From Eimeria praecox (Eukaryota), in contig OY986949.1 of assembly GCA_963920595.1 (NCBI GenBank), positions 620,001 through 684,000 of the forward strand: a DNA stretch of 64,000 bases, read 5' to 3'. Of this stretch, positions 50,601 through 64,000 are shown piece after piece. Within the stretch, counting starts at the first letter, position 1. Every line of letters starts with the position of its first letter. The position numbers were made by a program, and so were the translations under genes. The notes beneath the pieces were generated by a model that was not told where the DNA came from, made no database searches, and saw only the letters and a program-made list of their open reading frames with translations.

Positions 50601-52701
50601 GACACGCCTCAGGGATGCTTCCACGGGACACACACATCCGAAGACGTCTTCTTCTTCTGTCCATTGCTAAATGCTCCTCAGCAGCGCGAAAACGACCCTC
50701 TCGGTGCAAACCATACGCAGCAGTGGCGCGCATCCATCAAACATTCAACCAGGCCCCGCTATTCCAGTGCCACTACCAAAACGCACTCCGCAGCGAAGAA
50801 GCCTCCAAGCACTAGGTGAACTTCCTCAAACGAACCAGCAGCTACCCTGGCCCTTGTCAAAGGCGCGTCATGCGCTTTCAACAGATTGCTTCCGGAGAGT
50901 CATCGCGGCAGTATGCATCTGCTTCGGGCTGGCGCACGCATGGTGAAGGGTCTAACCTTGAAGCCGAAGGAAAGATTTGTGGAGACGTTTTCCTTTTCCC
51001 GACGCCCACGCTTAGGCAACGCTGGACGGATCCACAACTATACGCATGCAGCAGCGACGAGGAATCCCAGCCTACCCACCCACATGAAATACTCGATCCC
51101 CAACCGACCCCGACACACCTCAACGGCGTCGTTGCAGAAGGGAAGCATCTCCACAAATCTTTTACTCGGCTTCAAGCTTCGGCTATTCACCGCAAGGTGC
51201 ATGGGCCAACCTTGAAGCCGAAGGAAAGATTTGTGGAGAATCTTCCCTTCTCCGACGCCCATTCTGAGGCACCACTTGACGGATCGGATCCCCAGCTATA
51301 CGCATCCAGCAGCGACGAAGCCGCCCAGTCTACCCACCCACCTGCAATACTCGATCCCCAACCGACCCAAACGCGACTCAACGGCGTCGTCGCAGAAGCC
51401 AAGCATCTCCACAAATCTTTTACTCGGCTTCAAGCTTCGGCTATTCTCCTGGCCTGCGCCAGCCCGAAGCAGATGCATATTGCCGTGACCACTCTCCGCA
51501 AGCAACAGAAACGAGATGCAGGACCCACTCTCCACAACAAACTGACACGCCTCAGGGATGCTTCCACGGGACACACACATCCGAAGACGTCTTCTTCTTC
51601 TGTCCATTGCTAAATGCTCCTCAGCAGCGCGAAAACGACCCTCTCGGTGCAAACCATACGCAGCAGTGGCGCGCATCCATCAAACATTCAACCAGGCCCC
51701 GCTATTCCAGTGCCACTACCAAAACCCACTCCGCAGCGAAGAAGCCTCCAAGCACTAGGTGAACTTCCTCAAACGAACCAGCAGCTACCCTGGCCCTTGT
51801 CAAAGGCGCGTCATGCGCTTTCAACAGATTGCTTCCGGAGAGTCATCACGGCAGTATGCATCTGCTTCCGGCTGGCGCACGCAAGGTGAAGGGTCTAACC
51901 TTGAAGCCGAAGGAAAGATTTGTGGAGACGTTTTCCTTTTCCCGACGCCCACGCTTAGGCAACGCTGGACGGATCCACAACTATACGCATGCAGCAGCGA
52001 CGAGGAATCCCAGCCTACCCACCCACATGAAATACTCGATCCCCAACCGACCCCGACACACCTCAACGGCGTCGTTGCAGAAGGGAAGCATCTCCACAAA
52101 TCTTTTACTCGGCTTCAAGCTTCGGCTATTCACCGCAAGGTGCATGGACCAACCTTGAAGCCCAAGGAAAGATTTGTGGAGAATCTTCCCTTCTCCGACG
52201 CCCATTCTGAGGCACCACTTGACGGATCGGATCCCCAGCTATACGCATCCAGCAGCGACGAAGCCGCCCAGTCTACCCACCCACCTGCAATACTCGATCC
52301 CCAACCGACCCAAACGCGACTCAACGGCGTCGTCGCAGAAGCCAAGCATCTCCACAAATCTTTTACTCGGCTTCAAGCTTCGGCTATTCTCCTGGCCTCC
52401 GCCAGCCCGAAGCAGATGCATATTGCCGTGACCACTCTCCGCAAGCAACAGAAACGAGATGCAGGACCCACTCTCCACAACAAACTGACACGCCTCAGGG
52501 ATGCCTCTGCGGGACACACACATCCGAAGACGTCTTCTTCTTCTGTCCATTGCTAAATGCTCCTCAGCAGCGCGAAAACGACCCTCTCGGTGCAAACCAT
52601 ACGCAGCAGTGGCGCGCATCCATCAAACATTCAACCAGGCCCCGCTATTCCAGTGCCACTACCAAAACGCACTCCGCAGCGAAGAAGCCTCCAAGCACTA
52701 G

Positions 52702-53897
52702 GTGAACTTCCTCAAACGAACCAGCAGCTACCCTGGCCCTTGTCAAAGGCGCGTCATGCGCTTTCAACAGATTGCTTCCGGAGAGTCATCACGGCAGTAT
52801 GCATCTGCTTCGGGCTGGCGCACGCATGGTGAAGGGTCTAACCTTGAAGCCGAAGGAAAGATTTGTGGAGACGTTTTCCTTTTCCCGACGCCCACTCTTA
52901 GGCAACGCTAGACGGATCCACAACTATACGCATGCAGCAGCGACGAGGAATCCCAGCCTACCCACCCACATGAAATACTCGATCCCCAACCGACCCCGAC
53001 ACACCTCAACGGCGTCGTTGCAGAAGGGAAGCTTCTCCACAAATCTTTTACTCGGCTTCAAGCTTCGGCTATTCACCGCAAGGTGCATGGACCAACCTTG
53101 AAGCCCAAGGAAAGATTTGTGGAGAATCTTCCCTTCTCCGACGCCCATTCTGAGGCAACACTTGACGGATCGGATCCCCAACTATACGCATCCAGCAGCG
53201 ACGAAGCCGCCCAGTCTACCCACCCACCTGCAATACTCGATTCCCAACCGACCCCGACACACCTCAACGGCGTCGTTGCAGAAGGGAAGCATCTCCACAA
53301 ATCTTTTACTCGGCTTCAAGCTTCGGCTATTCACCGCAAGGTGCATGGACCAACCTTGAAGCCCAAGGAAAGATTTGTGGAGAATCTTCCCTTCTCCGAC
53401 GCCCATTCTGAGGCAACACTTGACGGATCATCAACTACACGGATGCAGCAGCGACGAAGCCGCCCAGTCTACCCACCCACCTGCAATACTCGGTCCCCAA
53501 CCGACCCAAACGCGACTCAACGGCGTCGTCGCAGAAGCCAAGCATCTCCACAAATCTTTTACTCGGCTTCAAGCTTCGGCTATTCTCCTGGCCTCCGCCA
53601 GCCCGAAGCAGATGCATATTGCCGTGACCACTCTCCGCAAGCAACAGAAACGAGATGCAGGACCCACTCTCCACAACAAACTGACACGCCTCAGGGATGC
53701 TTCCACGGGACACACACATCCGAAGACGTCTTCTTCTTCTGTCCATTGCTAAATGCTCCTCAGCAGCGCGAAAACGACCCTCTCGGTGCAAACCATACGC
53801 AGCAGTGGCGCGCATCCATCAAACATTCAACCAGGCCCCGCTATTCCAGTGCCACTACCAAAACGCACTCCGCAGCGAAGAAGCCTCCAAGCACTAG
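52702..53897 (+). repeat. 1196-bp long satellite variant (extra 253-bp sub-repeat, two hairpins); second instance 58575-59770
   Basis: Marker spacing is 1196 = 943+253. GCAA apices lie at 53078 and 53336. Confidence 0.95.
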
Positions 53898-54513
53898 GTG
53901 AACTTCCTCAAACGAACCAGCAGCTACCCTGGCCCTTGTCAAAGGCGCGTCATGCGCTTTCAACAGATTGCTTCCGGAGAGTCATCACGGCAGTATGCAT
54001 CTGCTTCGGGCTGGCGCACGCAAGGTGAAGGGTCTAACCTTGAAGCCGAAGGAAAGATTTGTGGAGACGTTTTCCTTTTTCCGACGCCCACGCTTAGGCA
54101 ACGCTGGACGGATCCACAACTATACGCATGCAGCAGCGGAGCCGTCGCAGAAGCGAAGCATCTCCACAAATCTTTTACTCGGCTTCAAGCTTCGGCTATT
54201 CTCCTGGCCTGCGCCAGCCCGAAGCAGATGCATATTGCCGTGACCACTCTCCGCAAGGAACAGAAACGAGATGCAGGACCCACTCTCCACAACAAACTGA
54301 CACGCCTCAGGGATGCCTCCACGGGACACACACATCCGAAGACGTCTTCTTCTTCTGTCCATTGCTAAATGCTCCTCAGCAGCGCGAAAACGACCCTCTC
54401 GGTGCAAACCATACGCAGCAGTGGCGCGCATCCATCAAACATTCAACCAGGCCCCGCTATTCCAGTGCCACTACCAAAACCCACTCCGCAGCGAAGAAGC
54501 CTCCAAGCACTAG
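53898..54513 (+). repeat. 616-bp short satellite variant (327-bp deletion removing the GCAA hairpin); also 56400-57015 and 57016-57631
   Basis: Marker spacing is 616. The same novel junction gcatgcagcagcggagccgtcgcagaag is seen near 54138, 56640 and 57256. Confidence 0.95.
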
Positions 54514-57500
54514 GTGAACTTCCTCAAACGAACCAGCAGCTACCCTGGCCCTTGTCAAAGCCGCGTCATGCGCTTTCAACAGATTGCTTCCGGAGAGTCA
54601 TCGCGGCAGTATGCATCTGCTTCGGGCTGGCGCACGCATGGTGAAGGGTCTAACCTTGAAGCCGAAGGAAAGATTTGTGGAGACGTTTTCCTTTTCCCGA
54701 CGCCCACGCTTAGGCAACGCTGGACGGATCCACAACTATACGCATGCAGCAGCGACGAGGAATCCCAGCCTACCCACCCACATGAAATACTCGATCCCCA
54801 ACCGACCCCGACACACCTCAACGGCGTCGTTGCAGAAGGGAAGCATCTCCACAAATCTTTTACTCGGCTTCAAGCTTCGGCTATTCACCGCAAGGTGCAT
54901 GGGCCAACCTTGAAGCCGAAGGAAAGATTTGTGGAGAATCTTCCCTTCTCCGACGCCCATTCTGAGGCACCACTTGACGGATCGGATCCCCAGCTATACG
55001 CATCCAGCAGCGACGAAGCCGCCCAGTCTACCCACCCACCTGCAATACTCGATCCCCAACCGACCCAAACGCGACTCAACGGCGTCGTCGCAGAAGCCAA
55101 GCATCTCCACAAATCTTTTACTCGGCTTCAAGCTTCGGCTATTCTCCTGGCCTGCGCCAGCCCGAAGCAGATGCATATTGCCGTGACCACTCTCCGCAAG
55201 CAACAGAAACGAGATGCAGGACCCACTCTCCACAACAAACTGACACGCCTCAGGGATGCCTCCACGGGACACACACATCCGACGACGTCTTCTTCTTCTG
55301 TCCATTGCTAAATGCTCCTCAGCAGCGCGAAAACGACCCTCTCGGTGCAAACCATACGCAGCAGTGGCGCGCATCCATCAAACATTCAACCAGGCCCCGC
55401 TATTCCAGTGCCACTACCAAAACGCACTCCGCAGCGAAGAAGCCTCCAAGCACTAGGTGAACTTCCTCAAACGAACCAGCAGCTACCCTGGCCCTTGTCA
55501 AAGGCGCGTCATGCGCTTTCAACAGATTGCTTCCGGAGAGTCATCACGGCAGTATGCATCTGCTTCGGGCTGGCGCACGCATGGTGAAGGGTCTAACCTT
55601 GAAGCCGAAGGAAAGATTTGTGGAGACGTTTTCCTTTTCCCGACGCCCACGCTTAGGCAACGCTGGACGGATCCACAACTATACGCATGCAGCAGCGACG
55701 AGGAATCCCAGCCTACCCACCCACATGAAATACTCGATCCCCAACCGACCCCGACACACCTCAACGGCGTCGTTGCAGAAGGGAAGCATCTCCACAAATC
55801 TTTTACTCGGCTTCAAGCTTCGGCTATTCACCGCAAGGTGCATGGACCAACCTTGAAGCCGAAGGAAAGATTTGTGGAGAATCTTCCCTTCTCCGACGCC
55901 CATTCTGAGGCACCACTTGACGGATCGGATCCCCAGCTATACGCATCCAGCAGCGACGAAGCCGCCCAGTCTACCCACCCACCTGCAATACTCGATCCCC
56001 AACCGACCCAAACGCGACTCAACGGCGTCGTCGCAGAAGCCAAGCATCTCCGCAAATCTTTTACTCGGCTTCAAGCTTCGGCTATTCTCCTGGCCTCCGC
56101 CAGCCCGAAGCAGATGCATATTGCCGTGACCACTCTCCGCAAGCAACAGAAACGAGATGCAGGACCCACTCTCCACAACAAACTGACACGCCTCAGGGAT
56201 GCCTCCACGGGACACACACATCCGAAGACGTCTTCTTCTTCTGTCCATTGCTAAATGCTCCTCAGCAGCGCGAAAACGACCCTCTCGGTGCAAACCATAC
56301 GCAGCAGTGGCGCGCATCCATCAAACATTCAACCAGGCCCCGCTATTCCAGTGCCACTACCAAAACCCACTCCGCAGCGAAGAAGCCTCCAAGCACTAGG
56401 TGAACTTCCTCAAACGAACCAGCAGCTACCCTGGCCCTTGTCAAAGGCGCGTCATGCGCTTTCAACAGATTGCTTCCGGAGAGTCATCACGGCAGTATGC
56501 ATCTGCTTCGGGCTGGCGCACGCAAGGTGAAGGGTCTAACCTTGAAGCCGAAGGAAAGATTTGTGGAGACGTTTTCCTTTTCCCGACGCCCACGCTTAGG
56601 CAACGCTGGACGGATCCACAACTATACGCATGCAGCAGCGGAGCCGTCGCAGAAGCGAAGCATCTCCACAAATCTTTTACTCGGCTTCAAGCTTCGGCTA
56701 TTCTCCTGGCCTGCGCCAGCCCGAAGCAGATGCATATTGCCGTGACCACTCTCCGCAAGCAACAGAAACGAGATGCAGGACCCACTCTCCACAACAAACT
56801 GACACGCCTCAGGGATGCTTCCACGGGACACACACATCCGAAGACGTCTTCTTCTTCTGTCCATTGCTAAATGCTCCTCAGCAGCGCGAAAACGACCCTC
56901 TCGGTGCAAACCATACGCAGCAGTGGCGCGCATCCATCAAACATTCAACCAGGCCCCGCTATTCCAGTGCCACTACCAAAACCCACTCCGCAGCGAAGAA
57001 GCCTCCAAGCACTAGGTGAACTTCCTCAAACGAACCAGCAGCTACCCTGGCCCTTGTCAAAGGCGCGTCATGCGCTTTCAACAGATTGCTTCCGGAGAGT
57101 CATCACGGCAGTATGCATCTGCTTCGGGCTGGCGCACGCAAGGTGAAGGGTCTAACCTTGAAGCCGAAGGAAAGATTTGTGGAGACGTTTTCCTTTTCCC
57201 GACGCCCACGCTTAGGCAACGCTGGACGGATCCACAACTATACGCATGCAGCAGCGGAGCCGTCGCAGAAGCGAAGCATCTCCACAAATCTTTTACTCGG
57301 CTTCAAGCTTCGGCTATTCTCCTGGCCTGCGCCAGCCCGAAGCAGATGCATATTGCCGTGACCACTCTCCGCAAGCAACAGAAACGAGATGCAGGACCCA
57401 CTCTCCACAACAAACTGACACGCCTCAGGGATGCTTCCACGGGACACACACATCCGAAGACGTCTTCTTCTTCTGTCCATTGCTAAATGCTCCTCAGCAG

Positions 57501-60500
57501 CGCGAAAACGACCCTCTCGGTGCAAACCATACGCAGCAGTGGCGCGCATCCATCAAACATTCAACCAGGCCCCGCTATTCCAGTGCCACTACCAAAACCC
57601 ACTCCGCAGCGAAGAAGCCTCCAAGCACTAGGTGAACTTCCTCAAACGAACCAGCAGCTACCCTGGCCCTTGTCAAAGGCGCGTCATGCGCTTTCAACAG
57701 ATTGCTTCCGGAGAGTCATCACGGCAGTATGCATCTGCTTCGGGCTGGCGCACGCATGGTGAAGGGTCTAACCTTGAAGCCGAAGGAAAGATTTGTGGAG
57801 ACGTTTTCCTTTTCCCGACGCCCACGCTTAGGCAACGCTGGACGGATCCACAACTATACGCATGCAGCAGCGACGAGGAATCCCAGCCTACCCACCCACA
57901 TGAAATACTCGATCCCCAACCGACCCCGACACACCTCAACGGCGTCGTTGCAGAAGGGAAGCATCTCCACAAATCTTTTACTCGGCTTCAAGCTTCGGCT
58001 ATTCACCGCAAGGTGCATGGACCAACCTTGAAGCCCAAGGAAAGATTTGTGGAGAATCTTCCCTTCTCCGACGCCCATTCTGAGGCACCACTTGACGGAT
58101 CGGATCCCCAGCTATACGCATCCAGCAGCGACGAAGCCGCCCAGTCTACCCACCCACCTGCAATACTCGATCCCCAACCGACCCAAACGCGACTCAACGG
58201 CGTCGTCGCAGAAGCGAAGCATCTCCACAAATCTTTTACTCGGCTTCAAGCTTCGGCTATTCTCCTGGCCTCCGCCAGCCCGAAGCAGATGCATATTGCC
58301 GTGACCAGTCTCCGCAAGCAACAGAAACGAGATGCAGGACCCACTCTCCACAACAAACTGACACGCCTCAGGGATGCCTCCACGGGACACACACATCCGA
58401 AGACGTCTTCTTCTTCTGTCCATTGCTAAATGCTCCTCAGCAGCGCGAAAACGACCCTCTCGGTGCAAACCATACGCAGCAGTGGCGCGCATCCATCAAA
58501 CATTCAACCAGGCCCCGCTATTCCAGTGCCACTACCAAAACCCACTCCGCAGCGAAGAAATCTCCAAGCACTAGGTGAACTTCCTCAAACGAACCAGCAG
58601 CTACCCTGGCCCTTGTCAAAGCCGCGTCATGCGCTTTCAACAGATTGCTTCCGGAGAGTCATCGCGGCAGTATGCATCTGCTTCGGGCTGGCGCACGCAT
58701 GGTGAAGGGTCTAACCTTGAAGCCGAAGGAAAGATTTGTGGAGACGTTTTCCTTTTCCCGACGCCCACTCTTAGGCAACGCTGGACGGATCCACAACTAT
58801 ACGCATGCAGCAGCGACGAGGAATCCCAGCCTACCCACCCACATGAAATACTCGATCCCCAACCGACCCCGACACACCTCAACGGCGTCGTTGCAGAAGG
58901 GAAGCTTCTCCACAAATCTTTTACTCGGCTTCAAGCTTCGGCTATTCACCGCAAGGTGCATGGACCAACCTTGAAGCCGAAGGAAAGATTTGTGGAGAAT
59001 CTTCCCTTCTCCGACGCCCATTCTGAGGCACCACTTGACGGATCGGATCCCCAACTATACGCATCCAGCAGCGACGAAGCCGCCCAGTCTAACCACCCAC
59101 CTGCAATACTCGATTCCCAACCGAGCCCGACACACCTCAACGGCGTCGTTGCAGAAGGGAAGCTTCTCCACAAATCTTTTACTCGGCTTCAAGCTTCGGC
59201 TATTCACCGCAAGGTGCATGGACCAACCTTGAAGCCCAAGGAAAGATTTGTGGAGAATCTTCCCTTCTCCGACGCCCATTCTGAGGCACCACTTGACGGA
59301 TCATCAACTACACGGATGCAGCAGCGACGAAGCCGCCCAGTCTACCCACCCACCTGCAATACTCGGTCCCCAACCGACCCAAACGCGACTCAACGGCGTC
59401 GTCGCAGAAGCGAAGCATCTCCACAAATCTTTTACTCGGCTTCAAGCTTCGGCTATTCTCCTGGCCTCCGCCAGCCCGAAGCAGATGCATATTGCCGTGA
59501 CCACTCTCCGCAAGCAACAGAAACGAGATGCAGGACCCACTCTCCACAACAAACTGACACGCTTCAGGGATGCCTCCACGGGACACACACATCCGAAGAC
59601 GTCTTCTTCTTCTGTCCATTGCTAAATGCTCCTCAGCAGCGCGAAAACGACCCTCTCGGTGCAAACCATACGCAGCAGTGGCGCGCATCCATCAAACATT
59701 CAACCAGGCCCCGCTATTCCAGTGCCACTACCAAAACCCACTCCGCAGCGAAGAAGCCTCCAAGCACTAGGTGAACTTCCTCAAACGAACCAGCAGCTAC
59801 CCTGGCCCTTGTCAAAGGCGCGTCATGCGCTTTCAACAGATTGCTTCCGGAGAGTCATCACGGCAGTATGCATCTGCTTCGGGCTGGCGCACGCATGGTG
59901 AAGGGTCTAACCTTGAAGCCGAAGGAAAGATTTGTGGAGACGTTTTCCTTTTCCCGACGCCCACGCTTAGGCAACGCTGGACGGATCCACAACTATACGC
60001 ATGCAGCAGCGACGAGGAATCCCAGCCTACCCACCCACATGAAATACTCGATCCCCAACCGACCCCGACACACCTCAACGGCGTCGTTGCAGAAGGGAAG
60101 CTTCTCCACAAATCTTTTACTCGGCTTCAAGCTTCGGCTATTCACCGCAAGGTGCATGGACCAACCTTGAAGCCGAAGGAAAGATTTGTGGAGAATCTTC
60201 CCTTCTCCGACGCCCATTCTGAGGCACCACTTGACGGATCGGATCCCCAGCTATACGCATCCAGCAGCGACGAAGCCGCCCAGTCTACCCACCCACCTGC
60301 AATACTCGATCCCCAACCGACCCAAACGCGACTCAACGGCGTCGTCGCAGAAGCGAAGCATCTCCACAAATCTTTTACTCGGCTTCAAGCTTCGGCTATT
60401 CTCCTGGCCTCCGCCAGCCCGAAGCAGATGCATATTGCCGTGACCACTCTCCGCAAGCAACAGAAACGAGATGCAGGACCCACTCTCCACAACAAACTGA

Positions 60501-63500
60501 CACGCCTCAGGGATGCCTCCACGGGACACACACATCCGAAGACGTCTTCTTCTTCTGTCCATTGCTAAATGCTCCTCAGCAGCGCGAAAACGACCCTCTC
60601 GGTGCAAACCATACGCAGCAGTGGCGCGCATCCATCAAACATTCAACCAGGCCCCGCTATTCCAGTGCCACTACCAAAACGCACTCCGCAGCGAAGAAAT
60701 CTCCAAGCACTAGGTGAACTTCCTCAAACGAACCAGCAGCTACCCTGGCCCTTGTCAAAGGCGCGTCATGCGCTTTCAACAGATTGCTTCCGGAGAGTCA
60801 TCACGGCAGTATGCATCTGCTTCGGGCTGGCGCACGCATGGTGAAGGGTCTAACCTTGAAGCCGAAGGAAAGATTTGTGGAGACGTTTTCCTTTTCCCGA
60901 CGCCCACGCTTAGGCAACGCTGGACGGATCCACAACTATACGCATGCAGCAGCGACGAGGAATCCCAGCCTACCCACCCACATGAAATACTCGATCCCCA
61001 ACCGACCCCGACACACCTCAACGGCGTCGTTGCAGAAGGGAAGCTTCTCCACAAATCTTTTACTCGGCTTCAAGCTTCGGCTATTCACCGCAAGGTGCAT
61101 GGACCAACCTTGAAGCCGAAGGAAAGATTTGTGGAGAATCTTCCCTTCTCCGACGCCCATTCTGAGGCACCACTTGACGGATCGGATCCCCAGCTATACG
61201 CATCCAGCAGCGACGAAGCCGCCCAGTCTACCCACCCACCTGCAATACTCGATCCCCAACCGACCCAAACGCGACTCAACGGCGCCGTCGCAGAAGCGAA
61301 GCATCTCCACAAATCTTTTACTCGGCTTCAAGCTTCGGCTATTCTCCTGGCCTCCGCCAGCCCGATGCAGATACATATTGCCGTGACCACTCTCCGCAAG
61401 CAACAGAAACGAGATGCAGGACCCACTCTCCACAACAAACTGACACGCCTCAGGGATGCCTCCACGGGACACACACATCCGAAGACGTCTTCTTCTTCTG
61501 TCCATTGCTAAATGCTCCTCAGCAGCGCGAAAACGACCCTCTCGGTGCAAACCATACGCAGCAGTGGCGCGCATCCATCAAACATTCAACCAGGCCCCGC
61601 TATTCCAGTGCCACTACCAAAACCCACTCCGCAGCGAAGAAGCCTCCAAGCACTAGGTGAACTTCCTCAAACGAACCAGCAGCTACCCTGGCCCTTGTCA
61701 AAGGCGCGTCATGCGCTTTCAACAGATTGCTTCCGGAGAGTCATCGCGGCAGTATGCATCTGCTTCGGGCTGGCGCACGCATGGTGAAGGGTCTAACCTT
61801 GAAGCCGAAGGAAAGATTTGTGGAGACGTTTTCCTTTTCCCGACGCCCACGCTTAGGCAACGCTGGACGGATCCACAACTATACGCATGCAGCAGCGACG
61901 AGGAATCCCAGCCTACCCACCCACATGAAATACTCGATCCCCAACCGACCCCGACACACCTCAACGGCGTCGTTGCAGAAGGGAAGCATCTCCACAAATC
62001 TTTTACTCGGCTTCAAGCTTCGGCTATTCACCGCAAGGTGCATGGGCCAACCTTGAAGCCCAAGGAAAGATTTGTGGAGAATCTTCCCTTCTCCGACGCC
62101 CATTCTGAGGCACCACTTGACGGATCGGATCCCCAACTATACGCATCCAGCAGCGACGAAGCCGCCCAGTCTACCCACCCACCTGCAATACTCGATCCCC
62201 AACCGACCCAAACGCGACTCAACGGCGCCGTCGCAGAAGCGAAGCATCTCCACAAATCTTTTACTCGGCTTCAAGCTTCGGCTATTCTCCTGGCCTCCGC
62301 CAGCCCGATGCAGATGCATATTGCCGTGACCACTCTCCGCAAGCAACAGAAACGAGATGCAGGACCCACTCTCCACAACAAACTGACACGCCTCAGGGAT
62401 GCCTCCACGGGACACACACATCCGAAGACGTCTTCTTCTTCTGTCCATTGCTAAATGCTCCTCAGCAGCGCGAAAACGACCCTCTCGGTGCAAACCATAC
62501 GCAGCAGTGGCGCGCATCCATCAAACATTCAACCAGGCCCCGCTATTCCAGTGCCACTACCAAAACGCACTCCGCAGCGAAGAAGCCTCCAAGCACTAGG
62601 TGAACTTCCTCAAACGAACCAGCAGCTACCCTGGCCCTTGTCAAAGGCGCGTCATGCGCTTTCAACAGATTGCTTCCGGAGAGTCATCGCGGCAGTATGC
62701 ATCTGCTTCGGGCTGGCGCACGCATGGTGAAGGGTCTAACCTTGAAGCCGAAGGAAAGATTTGTGGAGACGTTTTCCTTTTCCCGACGCCCACGCTTAGG
62801 CAACGCTGGACGGATCCACAACTATACGCATGCAGCAGCGACGAGGAATCCGAGCCTACCCACCCACATGAAATACTCGATTCCCAACCGACCCCGACAC
62901 ACCTCAACGGCGTCGTTGCAGAAGGGAAGCATCTCCACAAATCTTTTACTCGGCTTCAAGCTTCGGCTATTCACCGCAAGGTGCATGGGCCAACCTTGAA
63001 GCCCAAGGAAAGATTTGTGGAGAATCTTCCCTTCTCCGACGCCCATTCTGAGGCACCACTTGACGGATCGGATCCCCAGCTATACGCATCCAGCAGCGAC
63101 GAAGCCGCCCAGTCTACCCACCCACCTGCAATACTCGATCCCCAACCGACCCAAACGCGACTCAACGGCGCCGTCGCAGAAGCGAAGCATCTCCACAAAT
63201 CTTTTACTCGGCTTCAAGCTTCGGCTATTCTCCTGGCCTCCGCCAGCCCGATGCAGATACATATTGCCGTGACCACTCTCCGCAAGCAACAGAAACGAGA
63301 TGCAGGACCCACTCTCCACAACAAACTGACACGCCTCAGGGATGCCTCCACGGGACACACACATCCGAAGACGTCTTCTTCTTCTGTCCATTGCTAAATG
63401 CTCCTCAGCAGCGCGAAAACGACCCTCTCGGTGCAAACCATACGCAGCAGTGGCGCGCATCCATCAAACATTCAACCAGGCCCCGCTATTCCAGTGCCAC

Positions 63501-64000
63501 TACCAAAACGCACTCCGCAGCGAAGAAGCCTCCAAGCACTAGGTGAACTTCCTCAAACGAACCAGCAGCTACCCTGGCCCTTGTCAAAGGCGCGTCATGC
63601 GCTTTCAACAGATTGCTTCCGGAGAGTCATCGCGGCAGTATGCATCTGCTTCGGGCTGGCGCACGCATGGTGAAGGGTCTAACCTTGAAGCCGAAGGAAA
63701 GATTTGTGGAGACGTTTTCCTTTTCCCGACGCCCACGCTTAGGCAACGCTGGACGGATCCACAACTATACGCATGCAGCAGCGACGAGGAATCCCAGCCT
63801 ACCCACCCACATGAAATACTCGATTCCCAACCGACCCCGACACACCTCAACGGCGTCGTTGCAGAAGGGAAGCATCTCCACAAATCTTTTACTCGGCTTC
63901 AAGCTTCGGCTATTCACCGCAAGGTGCATGGACCAACCTTGAAGCCCAAGGAAAGATTTGTGGAGAATCTTCCCTTCTCCGACGCCCATTCTGAGGCACC

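Larger units (their letters stand above)
43406..64000 (+). repeat. 943-bp satellite array (21 complete units plus partial ends; continues past the window)
   Basis: The marker gtgaacttcctcaaacgaacc recurs at 44215, 45158, 46101, 47044, 47987, 48930, 49873, 50816, 51759, 52702, 53898, 54514, 55457, 56400, 57016, 57632, 58575, 59771, 60714, 61657, 62600 and 63543. Confidence 0.99.

Noticed and set aside
43406..64000. CRISPR-like array of regularly spaced palindromic repeats
   Set aside because: The intervening sequences are themselves repeated rather than unique spacers, the units are hundreds of bp long, and no cas genes are present.

Overview
The window is eukaryotic-looking DNA with GT-AG introns and no prokaryotic genes, and it consists entirely of two abutting tandem arrays. 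(1) Positions 1-43403 hold about 5.6 near-identical head-to-tail copies of a 7773-bp unit. Each carries one putative spliced + strand gene: a 5-exon model of about 1246 aa with a signal-peptide-like N-terminus, a poly-Glu patch, six 58-aa/174-bp repeats and an S/Q/P-rich tail, which I cannot assign to a known family. (2) Positions 43406-64000 hold a 943-bp satellite (21 full units plus partial ends, with 616- and 1196-bp variants). The two arrays are related. The satellite is built from forward and inverted, frameshifted homologues of the gene's own 174-bp coding repeat. Each standard unit contains a ~135-nt fold-back with a GCAA apex and a second ~120-bp inverted repeat. The last gene copy keeps its upstream region and first exon, then is broken inside exon 2 and joined to the satellite next to the hairpin apex. 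This could be a satellite born from a coding repeat, and possibly a hairpin-RNA locus beside its cognate gene array; the function is inference only. The organism cannot be determined from the sequence alone.
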